Below, one piece after another: positions 11,301 to 22,963 of a stretch of 64,000 nucleotides of DNA. The stretch is taken from contig CAVYGR010000007.1 of assembly GCA_963768105.1 (NCBI GenBank), positions 14,165 through 78,164 on the forward strand, in the 5' to 3' direction. The position numbers were made by a program, and so were the translations under genes. The notes under the pieces are model-generated. The model saw nothing but the letters and a program-made list of their open reading frames with translations, ran no database searches and was not told where the DNA came from. The DNA comes from Candidatus Dormiibacterota bacterium (GTDB lineage Bacteria; Chloroflexota; Dormibacteria; Aeolococcales; Aeolococcaceae). Numbering within the stretch: position 1 is the first letter of the stretch; each line of letters opens with the position of its first letter.

Positions 11301-12361
11301 GCGAGGGGCCCGCTGGTCGGAGTCACGCTGGTCACGGTGGGAGCGGCGACAAATGTGTACTGGTCCGCGCTCGACGTCGTACTCGTGCCCCCCGGTGTCG
11401 TGACCGTGATGTCGATCGTCCCGGCGGCGTGCGTGGGCAGGTTACTGACGCTGATCTGGGTGGCACTGGTCACCGTGAAGCAGGGCGCGCCCGGCGATCC
11501 CGGGCACGTCTGCGCGATGGGCGTGGTGTCGACCACCACGTCGGTGGCGCTGAAGTTGGCACCCGAGCCGTTGCTCGACTGGAAACCCGTCCCGCTGACC
11601 GCAACCGAATTACCGCCCGCAGTTGGGCCGGCGGCAGGCACAACATTGGTCACCGAGGGGACGGGCGCGTACACATAGGTATCGACCGACGAGGTTGTGC
11701 TCGTCTGCACCGAGCTGGTATCGGTTGATGCCGTCGTCACGGTGATGTCCACCTGTCCGCCGCCCGACGGTGGGTACGCGGAGATCGACGTTGGGCTGTT
11801 GACCACGAAGCAGCCGCCCGCAGACCCGGAGCACGGGAAGGTGGCGGCGACGTTCACGTCGGTCGTGTTGAACTTCAGATCCGTTGCTGTGAAGCCGGCG
11901 CCGCTGAAGTCGGTGCCCGTGATGCTGAGCTCCGGCGAACCCCCCGCGGTCGGACCCGCATCCGGGCTCACCGCCGTGACGCTTGGCGCCGGCTGCGCAT
12001 ACAGGTACTGGTCGGCGCTCGACGTCGCGCTCGTCCCGATATCGTTCTTCACGGTGACGTCAACCGTTCCGGCGGCCCCCGCCGGGGTCGTCGCAGTCAT
12101 GTGAGTGTCGTCCACCAACGTCGAGCAGCTGCCGACCGGGCAGTCGGTGGCACCGAAGAAGACATCGGTCGCCCCGGTGAATCCGGAACCGCCGATCGCC
12201 ACCGCCTGTCCGCCCCCGAGTGGGCCGCTCGCGGGCGAGACGCTCGCCACCACCGGCAGAACGTCCGCCGTCACCATCGATGGCATGGCGGCAGCCGTGA
12301 CGAATATCGCGAGGGAGCCCAAAGACAGCCCGCCGACGGTGAGCCCCCAAGCCCTCATCAT
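8310..12361 (-). CDS. giant secreted surface protein: 9 IPT/TIG repeats plus 3 C-terminal CDTR-motif beta domains (3' end frame-broken)
   Basis: ORF 8804..12361 has a hydrophobic N-terminus (LSLGSLAIFVTAAAMP). It carries nine repeats of V(T/S)xVxPxxGPxxGGTxVTVTGTGF...QYTY. The C-terminal domains continue in ORFs 8437..9228 and 8310..8543, with frame joins near 8833, 8714, 8665 and 8556. The protein ends GWFQQ with TAG at 8310-8312. Confidence 0.85.
8313..9535 (-). repeat. three tandem coding repeats of a ~125-140 aa beta-rich domain
   Basis: Repeated motifs: FRVCDTR / FRICDTL / TRICDTR; LNVAA... / ANLTG...; ANLN / SNLN / SDLN; and VYNSVGSVDVVVDVEGYF / VYNAAGSANFIIDVNGWF / LYNAAGSINAILDVAGWF. 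Confidence 0.7.
9536..12253 (-). repeat. nine tandem coding repeats (IPT/TIG-like Ig domains, ~95-110 aa each)
   Basis: Each unit starts P(V/T)VTxVxPxxGP and ends ADQYTY(V/A). Most contain a conserved Cys pair (e.g. SCGTAPCFTV, ACPATPCYTV). Confidence 0.8.
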
Positions 12362-12426
12362 CCCCTGCCTCCAAACGCTGCTAACGGAGCAATCCTACCT
12401 GAAGCCGAACGCGGAAAACGCTAGCC

Positions 12427-12615
12427 CTAGCGAGCGGCCTTTGCCTGGGACCGCAGGCACCGCGTGCAGACCCTGGCCCTGACTTCCTTGCCCTTGATCA
12501 CCAGGTGAGCGGCATGCAGGTTGGGCAGGAAGCGGCGCTTCGTGTGCACCTTGGAGTGGCTTACGTTGTTCCCGGTCATCGGGCCCTTCCCACAGATATC
12601 GCAGCGCTGGGACAT
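12427..12615 (-). CDS. rpmB: 50S ribosomal protein L28
   Basis: [34 protein letters not shown]..., starting at ATG 12615 inside ORF 12427..12876. Confidence 0.9.
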   Translation of the reverse strand: MSQRCDICGKGPMTGNNVSHSKVHTKRRFLPNLHAAHLVIKGKEVRARVCTRCLRSQAKAAR

Positions 12616-12769
12616 GATCTGTCTCGATTGGGTGGGCGCGTCTGAGGCGCGCCCGCTCTGGCGTACTAGAATTCGGCCGCAGCCGCGGCGGCGCCCGATA
12701 GCCTCCGGCAGCGACCGGCGGCAGGTCGCCAAAGATACCACAGGCCCCCACCGCGACTTACGGAGATAA

Positions 12770-13165
12770 GTGAAAGGCAAGGTCCGGGCGTCCGACGCCC
12801 TCTCGCGAACCGCGACGTTGGGGAGAATCGAGGTCTCGCCTCGCGTGGTGGCCTCGATCGTGGGCCACGCCGCCAACGAGTGCTACGGCATCGTCGGCAT
12901 GGCCGCTCGCGGGCTCCGGGACGGCATCGCCGAGCGCCTCAATCGCGAGAACGTGCATCGAGGGGTCGAGATCCAGGTCACCCCGGACGGCCTCGTCATC
13001 GAGCTCTACGTGATCGCCGAGTACGGGACGCGCATCAGCGAGGTCGCTCACAACCTGATGAGCGCGGTCCGCTACTCGGTGGAAAAGACGCTCGGCCTCC
13101 CGGTGGTCGCGGTCAATGTGAACGTCCAGGGCATCCACGCGGAGGCGGATGGTGTCCGCTACTAA
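12770..13165 (+). CDS. Asp23/Gls24 family envelope-stress protein (YloU-like)
   Basis: [26 protein letters not shown], and its position immediately upstream of the DAK2 protein. Confidence 0.8.
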   Translation: MKGKVRASDALSRTATLGRIEVSPRVVASIVGHAANECYGIVGMAARGLRDGIAERLNRENVHRGVEIQVTPDGLVIELYVIAEYGTRISEVAHNLMSAVRYSVEKTLGLPVVAVNVNVQGIHAEADGVRY

Positions 13166-14928
13166 GCCGGCGCCGGAGCTCGCCGTGCTCCGCGACCCGC
13201 TCCGCGAGGTCGGTGGCGAGCAGGTGCTCGGCGGACTGACCGCGGCACTCTCGTGGCTGGAGGCGAATCAGCAGGAGATCAACGACCTCAACGTCTTCCC
13301 GGTACCGGACGGCGACACCGGATCCAACATGTATCTGACCCTCCGCTCGGCGGTGGAGGAGGCCGGCGACGCTCCCGCGCCCGGCGCGGTGGACTCGGTG
13401 CTGGCGGCGGCCGCTCATGGCTCGCTCATGGGCGCTCGCGGCAACAGCGGGGTGATCCTGTCCCAGATCCTCCGTGGCTTCGCCCAGGGGGTGGCGCAGC
13501 GGCCCCGCGTCGATGCCGCCGGAGTGGCTCGGGCCCTCAACGAGGCCTCCGCGGTCGCGTATCGCGCGGTCATGAAACCGACGGAGGGCACCATCCTCAC
13601 CGTCATCCGCGACGCCGCGTCGGCCGCAAACACCGCGGCGGCGGAGAGCGACGACATCCGGGTCGTCCTTGACCGGGTGGTCGCCGAGGCGCACGCGGCG
13701 GTCGGGCGCACCATCGATCAGCTCCAGGTGCTCCGCGACGCCAACGTCGTCGACGCGGGGGGGTTCGGCCTCGCGGTGATCCTCGAGGGTTTCGCCCGCG
13801 CGGTAGCGGCGACCGCGAGCCCGGCGCCGTCGCCGAACGTCCTGCACCGGTCCGGTGAGCCGGCGCTTCGGCTCCCGCCGCAGCCCGGCGAGGTCGAGGC
13901 AAGCGGGTCGGCGGCGCCCCGTCGCGGTGCGGCCGCGGTCGCCCCGCGGGAGCAGGGATGGGGATACTGCACGGAGTTCCTCATCAACGGTCCCGGCCTG
14001 GACGTCGAGGCGCTCCGGATCGAACTCGGTGCGCTGGGCGAATCGGCACTCGTGGTGGGCGACCCCGACCTGGTCCGCGTGCATATCCACACCGGGGACC
14101 CGGCCGGCGTGATCGCGGCGGCATCGTCTCGCGGGCGCATGAGCAAATTGAAGGTGGAGGACATGTCCGCCCAGCACCACGAGGTGCTCGACCGCGCCAT
14201 CGCCGCGGAGGTCGACGCAGGCGCGGAGGTGACGGCGCCGACCGCGGATGCGCCACCGGCTGCTCGCCCGAAGCCGATCGGCATCGTCAGCGTCGCGCCC
14301 GGCGACGGGTTCCGCGAGATCCTCGGGAGCCTCGGGGCCGACAGCATCGTGAGCGGCGGCCAGACCATGAATCCCTCGATCGAGGACCTGCTCAATGGGG
14401 TGCATGCCGCAAACGCGGAGCGGGTGATCCTGCTCCCCAACAACGGCAACGTGATCCTCACCGCCGAGCAGGTCAACCCGCTCGCGGAGGGATGCGAGGT
14501 CCGCGTGGTGCCGACGCGCAACCTGCCCCAGGGGATCAGCGCGCTGCTCGCGTTCGACCCGGACGCGAACTCTCGACGAGAACTGCGAGCGCATGCTCGC
14601 GGCAATCGCGACCGTGCGCGCGGTCGAGGTGACCCACGCGGTGCGCGACACCAACGTTAACGGTCACGACATCAAGGTCGGGGACGTCATCGCCGTGGTC
14701 GATGACGAGATCACCCAGGTGGGGAAAGATTATCTCCGGGTCATCGAGGCCGTGCTTGCCGCGCAGACGACCGCGCCGGAGCTGGTCACCGTCTATCGTG
14801 GCGACGAGGTCAGCTCGGATGATGCGGAGGCGCTCGTCGGTACCCTGCGCAAGGCGCACCAGGGAACCGAATTCGAGCTGCACGCCGGGGGCCAGGAGCA
14901 CTACCCGTACGTGCTCTCCCTCGAGTGA
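13149..14928 (+). CDS. DAK2-domain protein YloV/FakA-like (one frame break)
   Basis: LNVFPVPDGDTGSNMYLT (DAK2). The C-terminal domain continues in ORF 14593..14928 (VRAVEVTHAVRDTNVNGHDIKVGD). The frames join near 14570 (AFDPDAN | LDENCERMLAAI). Confidence 0.8.
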
Positions 14929-14929
14929 T

Positions 14930-15766
14930 GTGATCCATCTCGTCACTGACAGCACGTCCGACATCTCACCATCCGACGCACGGACACTCGGGGTCAACGT
15001 CGTGCCCCTCGTGGTGCGCTTCGGAACCGACGAGTATCGCGATGGGGTCGACATCGACCCCGATGCGTTCTACGCGAAGCTCGAGCACGCCGGAGCGCAT
15101 CCGAGCACGTCGCAGCCCGCTCCGGAGGTCTTCGCGGCGCTGTTTCGCGAGCTCCTCGCCGATCCCTCCGACCACATCGTCGGGCTCCACATCTCGTCAA
15201 AGCTCAGTGGCACCCTGCAGTCCGCCCAGCTCGCCGCGCAGGAGTTCGACCCCGGACGTGTGCATCTGGTTGACACCGAGAGCGTGAGCGGCGGCCTCCA
15301 GCTGCTGGTTCGCGCGGCGCTCGACGACATCCGCGCTGGCGACGACGCCGCGACCGTCGCGGCGAAGGCGACGAAGCGGCGAGGTTTGGTCACCATCCTG
15401 GTCCTGCTCGACACGCTCGTGTACCTGCATCGCGGCGGTCGCATCGGTCGCGCCCAGTCGTTCGTGGGCGGCCTTCTCAATGTCAAGCCGTTGCTGGCGG
15501 TGCGCAATGGCGAGGTCGCACCGATCGCGAGACCTCGAAGCCGCGCCAAAGGCCTCGACATGATCGCCGAGGAGGTGCGCGGACGCGCACCGCTGCGCAG
15601 CCTCGCGGCGTTTCACGCTGCCGCACCCGATGCGATCCGTGCACTGCTGGAACGGCTCGCCGGCGCAGATCCCGGTGTCACTGCCATCCAGGGGCGGATC
15701 GGGCCGGTCGTGGGCGCGTACAGCGGACCCGGCGGCGTCGGAGTCGCCTGCCTGGCCAGCGGCTGA
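14930..15766 (+). CDS. DegV family fatty-acid-binding protein (FakB-like)
   Basis: VIHLVTDSTSDISPSDARTLGVNVVPL from GTG 14930; YLHRGGRIG motif. Confidence 0.85.
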   Translation: MIHLVTDSTSDISPSDARTLGVNVVPLVVRFGTDEYRDGVDIDPDAFYAKLEHAGAHPSTSQPAPEVFAALFRELLADPSDHIVGLHISSKLSGTLQSAQLAAQEFDPGRVHLVDTESVSGGLQLLVRAALDDIRAGDDAATVAAKATKRRGLVTILVLLDTLVYLHRGGRIGRAQSFVGGLLNVKPLLAVRNGEVAPIARPRSRAKGLDMIAEEVRGRAPLRSLAAFHAAAPDAIRALLERLAGADPGVTAIQGRIGPVVGAYSGPGGVGVACLASG

Positions 15767-15794
15767 TCGCGCGCGCTGTCACGATGGAGAGACC

Positions 15795-17879
15795 GTGACC
15801 CCGCAACTCGTCTCCATCGTCACCCCCGAACACATCGCGCTCGGTCTCGACCTCCCATTGCATCGCATCGTGGGCATCGGTCCGCGTCAAGCGCAACGCC
15901 TCGAGAGGCTCGGCCTGACCACCGTGCGCGACCTGCTGTTCCACTTGCCGCGCCGCTACGAGGACACCCGCGAGACGGTGCCGCTGCGGGCACTCCAGGC
16001 GGGCATCGTCCAGACCGCGCGGGTGCGCGTACGCAACATCAGCGCGCGGCGAAGCCCGTACAAGAAGATGGTGCTCGTCGAGGCGACCCTGGAGGACGAC
16101 GGTGCGGTCGCGTCGGCCGTCTGGTTCAACCAGCCATTTCTAACTCGCCAGCTTCAGCCGGGGATGGAGCTGATGGTCAGCGGCAAGGTCGAAGACTCCC
16201 GCACCGGGCTCACCTTTCGCAATCCCACCTTCGAGCGCGCCGGCCCTGACCAGCACCACGTCGGCACCATCGCGCCGGTGTACCCGGAGACGCAGGGCAT
16301 CACCTCGCGTTTCCTGCGCAGCAGGATTGAACCGCTGCTCGGCCTGGTCACCCAGGTGCCGGATCGACTCCCGCCCTCGGTCCGCGAAGCCGAGGACCTC
16401 ATGCCGATCGCGGACGCGCTCTACCAGGTGCACGTCCCGGACAGTCTCGAGGCGGCAGCTCGAGCCCGCGAACGCATTGCCTTCGAGGAGTTGTTCCTGC
16501 TCCAGATTGCCGCGGAACGGGCACGGCGCCGGCGGCTCAGCGGCGCCGGTGTTGTGATCCCGTACGACGTGGAGGTGGCCCGGCGCTTTGTGGCAACGCT
16601 TCCCTTCAAGCTCACCGACGGGCAGCGCGTGGCGGCGCACGAGATCCTCACCGATCTCGCCGCAGTCGGCCCCATGAACCGGCTGCTCCAGGGCGACGTC
16701 GGCAGCGGCAAGACCGTGGTCGCCGCGCTGGCCGCGCTCATGACTCACAACGCGGGCATGCAGACGGCGGTCATGGCGCCAACCGAAATCCTGGCCCGAC
16801 AGCACTACGCCACCCTCGACCAACTCCTGACGCCGCACGGATTGCCACCACGCCTGCTGGTGGGGAGCACCTCTGCCGCGGCCCGGCGGGAGATTCTGGC
16901 CGGCCTGGCGGCGGGCCACGACTCGCTGATCGTCGGCACCCATGCGCTCATCGAGGACGACGTCGTCGTCATCAACCTGGGGCTGGCCATCGTCGACGAG
17001 CAGCATCGCTTCGGCGTCGCCCAGCGCCAGAGGTTGCGCCAGACGTCAGGTGCGATGCCGAACTATCTCGCGCTCACCGCGACGCCGATTCCGCGCTCGC
17101 TGTCGAACACCCTGTATGGCGACGTCGACCTGAGTGAGCTGCGCGAGATGCCTCCCGGCCGGCATCCCGTTGAGACCCGGGTCGTGCCACCGCACGAGCG
17201 CAACAGCGCGTACGAGTTCGTCAGAACCGAGGTGCGCCAGGGACGGCAGGCATTCGTGATCTGCCCGCTCATCGAGGAGTCGGACAAGCTCGGTGCGCGC
17301 AGCGCGATCGCCGAGTACGAGCGCCTCAGCACCACGGTGTTTCCGGATCTTCGTGTCGAGCTGCTGCATGGGCGCATGCCTGCGCACGAGAAGGCCGAGC
17401 GGATGGATCGCTTCGTCCGTGGCGACGCCGACGTCCTGGTCGCGACCAGTGTGGTCGAGGTGGGCGTCGACGTCCCCAACGCGACGATCATGCTCATCGA
17501 GGGTGCCGAGCGATTCGGGCTCGCTCAGCTGCATCAGTTTCGCGGTCGGGTCGGGCGAGACCAGCACCAGTCGTACTGCCTGCTGTTCGAGGGCGGCATC
17601 GATGAGGAGGGGAGCCAGCGTCTCGCCGCCGTCGCCAGTACCGACAGCGGCTTCGAGCTTGCCGAGCGCGATCTGCAGCTCCGCGGACCCGGGCAACTGG
17701 TGGGGCTTCGCCAGCACGGGCTGCCCGAGATGCTGGCCGCCGACCTGCTCGACGTCGCCCTCGGCCGGCGGTCCAAACAGGCGGCGGTCGCGTGGCTCGA
17801 CAAGGACCCGGACCTCAGCTCCTGGCAGCCGCTGTCCGAGGCGTTGAACGGCTATCGCGCGGTCTTCGACATCGATTAG
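15795..17879 (+). CDS. recG: ATP-dependent DNA helicase RecG
   Basis: LLQGDVGSGKT (Walker A), VDEQHRFG, VATSVVEVGVDVPNA, QLHQFRGRVGR. GTG 15795 chosen inside ORF 15630..17879. Confidence 0.9.
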   Translation: MTPQLVSIVTPEHIALGLDLPLHRIVGIGPRQAQRLERLGLTTVRDLLFHLPRRYEDTRETVPLRALQAGIVQTARVRVRNISARRSPYKKMVLVEATLEDDGAVASAVWFNQPFLTRQLQPGMELMVSGKVEDSRTGLTFRNPTFERAGPDQHHVGTIAPVYPETQGITSRFLRSRIEPLLGLVTQVPDRLPPSVREAEDLMPIADALYQVHVPDSLEAAARARERIAFEELFLLQIAAERARRRRLSGAGVVIPYDVEVARRFVATLPFKLTDGQRVAAHEILTDLAAVGPMNRLLQGDVGSGKTVVAALAALMTHNAGMQTAVMAPTEILARQHYATLDQLLTPHGLPPRLLVGSTSAAARREILAGLAAGHDSLIVGTHALIEDDVVVINLGLAIVDEQHRFGVAQRQRLRQTSGAMPNYLALTATPIPRSLSNTLYGDVDLSELREMPPGRHPVETRVVPPHERNSAYEFVRTEVRQGRQAFVICPLIEESDKLGARSAIAEYERLSTTVFPDLRVELLHGRMPAHEKAERMDRFVRGDADVLVATSVVEVGVDVPNATIMLIEGAERFGLAQLHQFRGRVGRDQHQSYCLLFEGGIDEEGSQRLAAVASTDSGFELAERDLQLRGPGQLVGLRQHGLPEMLAADLLDVALGRRSKQAAVAWLDKDPDLSSWQPLSEALNGYRAVFDID

Positions 17880-19486
<1,607 letters not shown>

Positions 19487-19518
19487 CGACCCGGGCCCGC
19501 GTGCCGCGGACCCGCCGC

Positions 19519-19524
19519 TATACT
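19519..19524 (+). promoter_or_regulatory. candidate -10 box (TATACT) for rpmF
   Basis: TATACT lies ~59 nt upstream of the rpmF ATG. GGAGAA Shine-Dalgarno at 19570-19575. No clear -35. Confidence 0.3.
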
Positions 19525-19582
19525 GGTCCGCAGCCATGGGCGGCGCCGCTCTGCGTGCGCGCCCTTCCCGGAGAAACCGAGC

Positions 19583-19759
19583 ATGCCGCTTCCCAAGCAG
19601 AAAATCTCAAAGCGCCGCCGCGATTTCCGGCGCTCACATCATTCGCTCACCTTGCCGACGCTGTCGCCGTGCCCGCGCTGCCGCCAGCCGCGGATCCCGC
19701 ATCACGTCTGCCCGAACTGCGGTTACTATCGCGGCCGCGAAGTGGTCGTCACCGAGTAG
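19583..19759 (+). CDS. rpmF: 50S ribosomal protein L32 (zinc-ribbon form)
   Basis: Manual translation gives MPLPKQKISKRRRDFRRSHHSLTLPTLSPCPRCRQPRIPHHVCPNCGYYRGREVVVTE. At 58 aa it falls below the ORF-track cutoff and is hidden under the 5' extension of ORF 19536..20696. Confidence 0.9.
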   Translation: MPLPKQKISKRRRDFRRSHHSLTLPTLSPCPRCRQPRIPHHVCPNCGYYRGREVVVTE

Positions 19760-19772
19760 CCACCCGGTCCTG

Positions 19773-20696
19773 GTGACCAGCGTCGCACTCTGCTTTCCCG
19801 GACAGGGCAGTCAGGCCGCCGGAATGGCGGACGGCTTGACCGACCTTCCCATCGCCGTCGGGATGCTCGCCGCCGCCGGGGACTGCGACGTCGACCTGGC
19901 CTCGGCGCTCTCCGGCGACGACGAGCAGCTGCGACGGACCGACATCGCCCAGCCGGCGCTGCTCCTTGTTGAGACCGCCTTGCGCAGTGTGCTGCCGCAC
20001 GATCTCCAGGTCGTCGCCGTCGCCGGTCACAGTGTCGGCGAGTACGCCGCGGCGGTGGCGTCCGGCGCGCTCCAACCCGCCGACGCGATGCGCCTGGTCA
20101 TCGAGCGGGGTCGCGCGATGGCAGCGATGCGCGAGGGCACGATGTGCGCACTGATCGGCATCGACGTCGAGGCCGCGACCGCGGTGTGCGAGGAGGCGCA
20201 ACGCGCAAGCGGTGAGGTCGTTGTTGTCGCCAACTACAACGCCCCCGGTCAGCTGGTGATCAGCGGGACGCGTGCCGGCATTGACGCCGCAACCGCACTG
20301 GCGCTCGCCCGTGGCGCGCGACGCGCAATCCCGTTGAACGTCAGCGGCGCCTTTCACTCACCGTTGATGGCGTCGGCGGCGTCTCGATTCACGGTGGCGC
20401 TGGACGGCGTGACCGTCGCCGACCCGGACCCGCCGGTGGTGTGCAACGTCGACGCTCGGGCCGTGCACACCGGGGCGGAGTTGCGTGATCGCCTCCGCGC
20501 GCAGCTCACCGCACCGGTGCAATGGATCGACTGCGTGCGGCGGCTGGTGGATCTCGGTGCCGAGGCGCTGGTCGAGGTCGGTCCCGGCAGCGTGCTCAGC
20601 GGACTCGCCCGGCGCATCGCCCCGGGGGTGCGCGCGGTTGCGGTGAACACCGTGGAGGCGGCCGCTCGGCTCGATCTCGTTGGAGCGGCGCGATGA
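19773..20696 (+). CDS. fabD: malonyl-CoA:ACP transacylase
   Basis: CFPGQGSQAAGM, GHSVGEYAA (active-site Ser), NVSGAFHSPLM. GTG 19773. Confidence 0.9.
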   Translation: MTSVALCFPGQGSQAAGMADGLTDLPIAVGMLAAAGDCDVDLASALSGDDEQLRRTDIAQPALLLVETALRSVLPHDLQVVAVAGHSVGEYAAAVASGALQPADAMRLVIERGRAMAAMREGTMCALIGIDVEAATAVCEEAQRASGEVVVVANYNAPGQLVISGTRAGIDAATALALARGARRAIPLNVSGAFHSPLMASAASRFTVALDGVTVADPDPPVVCNVDARAVHTGAELRDRLRAQLTAPVQWIDCVRRLVDLGAEALVEVGPGSVLSGLARRIAPGVRAVAVNTVEAAARLDLVGAAR

Positions 20697-21449
20697 CGGC
20701 GCACCCACTCGAAGGCCGCCGAGCGCTGGTGACCGGGGCATCGAGGGGAATCGGACGGGCGACTGCGATCGCGCTGGCGCGGGCCGGCGCCGCGGTGGCG
20801 GTCGGCTACTCGGCCCACCGGGAGGACGCCGAACTCGGTGGTCGCGGCGCTCCGCGCCGACCACGGCGCCACCGCGGTCGCGCTCGGTGCGGACCTCGGC
20901 GACGCGAAGGCCGCGGCCGGGCTCGTCGGGCAGACCGTCGAGGCCCTCGGCGGCCTCGAGATCGTGGTCAACAACGCCGGGATCAATCGCGACAACCTCG
21001 CGATGCGCCTCACCGACGACGATTGGGATGCGGTGATCGCGATCGACCTCACGGCCGCATTTCACATCTGCCGCGCAGCGCTGCGACCCATGCTCCGCCA
21101 GCGCTTCGGCCGTATCGTCAACGTGTCCAGCATCGCCGGCGTCGTTGGCAACGCCGGTCAGTCCAACTACTCGGCCGCGAAGGCCGGGCTCATCGGGCTC
21201 ACCAAGTCGCTGGCCCGGGAGGTGGCCAGCCGCGACATCACCGTGAACGCGGTCGCCCCCGGATTCATCGAGACCGAGATGACCACCGCGCTCGGCGATG
21301 CCGTACGGGCCGCGGCCGTCGCGACCATTCCGAAGGCGCGGATGGGGACGGCCGACGAGGTCGCCTCGGCGATCGCGTTCCTCGTCATGCCAGAGTCCGG
21401 GTACATCACCGGTCACGTGCTCCATGTCGACGGAGGTCTCGCGGCGTGA
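20693..21449 (+). CDS. fabG: 3-oxoacyl-ACP reductase (one frame break)
   Basis: The N-terminus MTAHPLEGRRALVTGASRGIGRA is in the frame of ATG 20693 (ATGA overlap with fabD). The remainder is ORF 20838..21449 (NNAGI, SNYSAAKAG, YITGHVLHVDGG). The frames join near 20835. Confidence 0.85.
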
Positions 21450-21602
21450 CCGAGCCAGAGGGAGCGCCTCCCACCGATCCGAACCGCGAGCGGGTCATCG
21501 ACGGTGCGTCCGGTCCGTTCGCGTGGCGCCCCCCCACTTCTGACGCTATCGTTTCGCCCCAGACTGATGCGGCGCCTGCCGCAACCACACAAGGAAACCC
21601 TG

Positions 21603-21851
21603 ATGCCAGACCTCACCTTCGACCGGTTCAAGGCGATCGTCGCCGATCAACTCGGCGTGGAAGCCGAGCAGGTGACGCCGGAGGCGTCGTTCGTGGAGGA
21701 CCTGAACGCGGACTCGCTCGACCTGGTCGAGCTGATCATGGCGTTCGAGGAGGAGTACCAGATGGAGATCTCCGACGAGGACGCGGAGAAGATCGGGACG
21801 GTGGGCCAGGCCTGGGACTACATCCAGGAGAAGGTGGGAGCGGCGTCCTAG
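21603..21851 (+). CDS. acpP: acyl carrier protein
   Basis: [20 protein letters not shown] with the DSLD phosphopantetheine site. AAGGAA lies upstream of ATG 21603. Confidence 0.9.
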   Translation: MPDLTFDRFKAIVADQLGVEAEQVTPEASFVEDLNADSLDLVELIMAFEEEYQMEISDEDAEKIGTVGQAWDYIQEKVGAAS

Positions 21852-21976
21852 CCACACCTGCCGAGCCCGCTCCGGCGGCGGCGCGACCGAGGGCCCCGAC
21901 CCCGCTCGGTGAGCCCGAGCAGGAGCGCCTGCGCGAGCTCCAGAAGCGGATCGGGATTCAGTTCCGCAAGCAGGAG

Positions 21977-22963
21977 TTGCTCCGAGAGGCGATGACTCAT
22001 GCCTCGTGGAACAACGAGCACGGTGAGCCGGCCGGTCCCGGCCACGACAACGAGCGTCTCGAGTATCTCGGCGACGCGGTCCTCGAGCTGGTGGTCGGCG
22101 AGTACCTCTTCCGGCGCTTCCCCACCTACGACGAGGGTCAGCTGACCCAACTCCGGGCCGCGCTCGTGAACACCACGTCCCTCGCCAGGCTCGGCGAACG
22201 CCTGGAGCTCGGCGAGACCCTGCTCATGGGTCGAGGCGCCGTCAAGACCGGGGCTCGCAAGCTCCCCTCGCTCCTCGCCAACGCCTTCGAGGCGATGATC
22301 GGCGCGATCTTCCTCGACCAGGGATATCGAGCTGCCACCCGGGTCTTCCTCCAGAACATCGGCGACCTCGCCGAGTGGAGCGATGAGAACTTCAAGGGCC
22401 AGCTCCAGCAGATGTCCCAGGACCGGACCGGGGACACGCCCCACTACCGGGTCGTGGCCACGGGCGGACCCGGCCACAAGCGCGAGTACACGGCGGAGGT
22501 ACTGCTCGGCGAGCGTGTTGGCGGCAGCGGGCGCGGACCGACCAAGCAGGCGGCGGAGCAGGCCGCGGCGCACGACGCCCTCGACAAGCTCACTCGCGTC
22601 GGCCGGGGCGGCGCCGCGGCGGCGGCAGGGGCTGCCCGCGACGCGGCCAAGACGGCGGCGTCCGAACCGGCCAGAGTGCGCCGGCGCGTGGCCGAGGTGG
22701 CCGCCGACCGCGGCGCGACCCCGCGCCGGCGCCGCGGCCGGGGAGGTGCCCGACCAGCCGACGCGTCGGCCTCCGGCGCCGACGTGGGCAGGCCGCGTCG
22801 AAGCCTGCTCTCCGCGCTGCGCCACGCGGCCGAGACCCTGGTCGGCCGCCAACCGGTGGCGCCGCCACCGGTGCCGCCGGAGGCACCGGCTCCGAAGCGG
22901 CGTCGCGGCCGCCGCGGCGGACGCGGGCGCGGTGGTGGGAGCGCTCCAGCGGTCGAGCAGTGA
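21977..22963 (+). CDS. rnc: ribonuclease III with ~140-aa Arg/Gly/Ala-rich C-terminal tail (start unresolved)
   Basis: [28 protein letters not shown], and a dsRBD ([23 protein letters not shown]). Family-like N-terminal residues ([18 protein letters not shown]) lie upstream of the first canonical start (TTG 21977), so the real start is probably earlier. Confidence 0.8.
   Translation: MLREAMTHASWNNEHGEPAGPGHDNERLEYLGDAVLELVVGEYLFRRFPTYDEGQLTQLRAALVNTTSLARLGERLELGETLLMGRGAVKTGARKLPSLLANAFEAMIGAIFLDQGYRAATRVFLQNIGDLAEWSDENFKGQLQQMSQDRTGDTPHYRVVATGGPGHKREYTAEVLLGERVGGSGRGPTKQAAEQAAAHDALDKLTRVGRGGAAAAAGAARDAAKTAASEPARVRRRVAEVAADRGATPRRRRGRGGARPADASASGADVGRPRRSLLSALRHAAETLVGRQPVAPPPVPPEAPAPKRRRGRRGGRGRGGGSAPAVEQ

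Noticed and set aside
8798-11678. Plus-strand ORFs 8798..11137 (779 aa) and 10629..11678 (349 aa) opposite the surface-protein gene
   Set aside because: Their repeat structure simply mirrors the IPT repeats on the minus strand. Only the minus-strand product has a signal-like N-terminus and IPT/TIG motifs.
9536-12253. Tandem ~300-bp DNA repeats as a possible CRISPR or satellite array
   Set aside because: The repeats are diverged coding repeats of one long ORF (IPT/TIG domains). There are no short identical direct repeats with unique spacers.
12634-12653. GGGCGCG-6 nt-CGCGCCC hairpin in the rpmB/asp23 divergent region as a regulatory RNA
   Set aside because: It is a short GC stem of a kind expected by chance in this composition, and I have no supporting conservation evidence.
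19536-19772. N-terminal extension of the fabD ORF
   Set aside because: This region actually encodes L32 (rpmF) in a different frame. The fabD conserved sequence begins at GTG 19773.
20522-22963. 813-aa ORF read as a single protein
   Set aside because: It is one open frame that happens to contain the fabG N-terminus and, much later, rnc. The stretch between them is non-coding in this frame, because the fabG body and acpP are in other frames.
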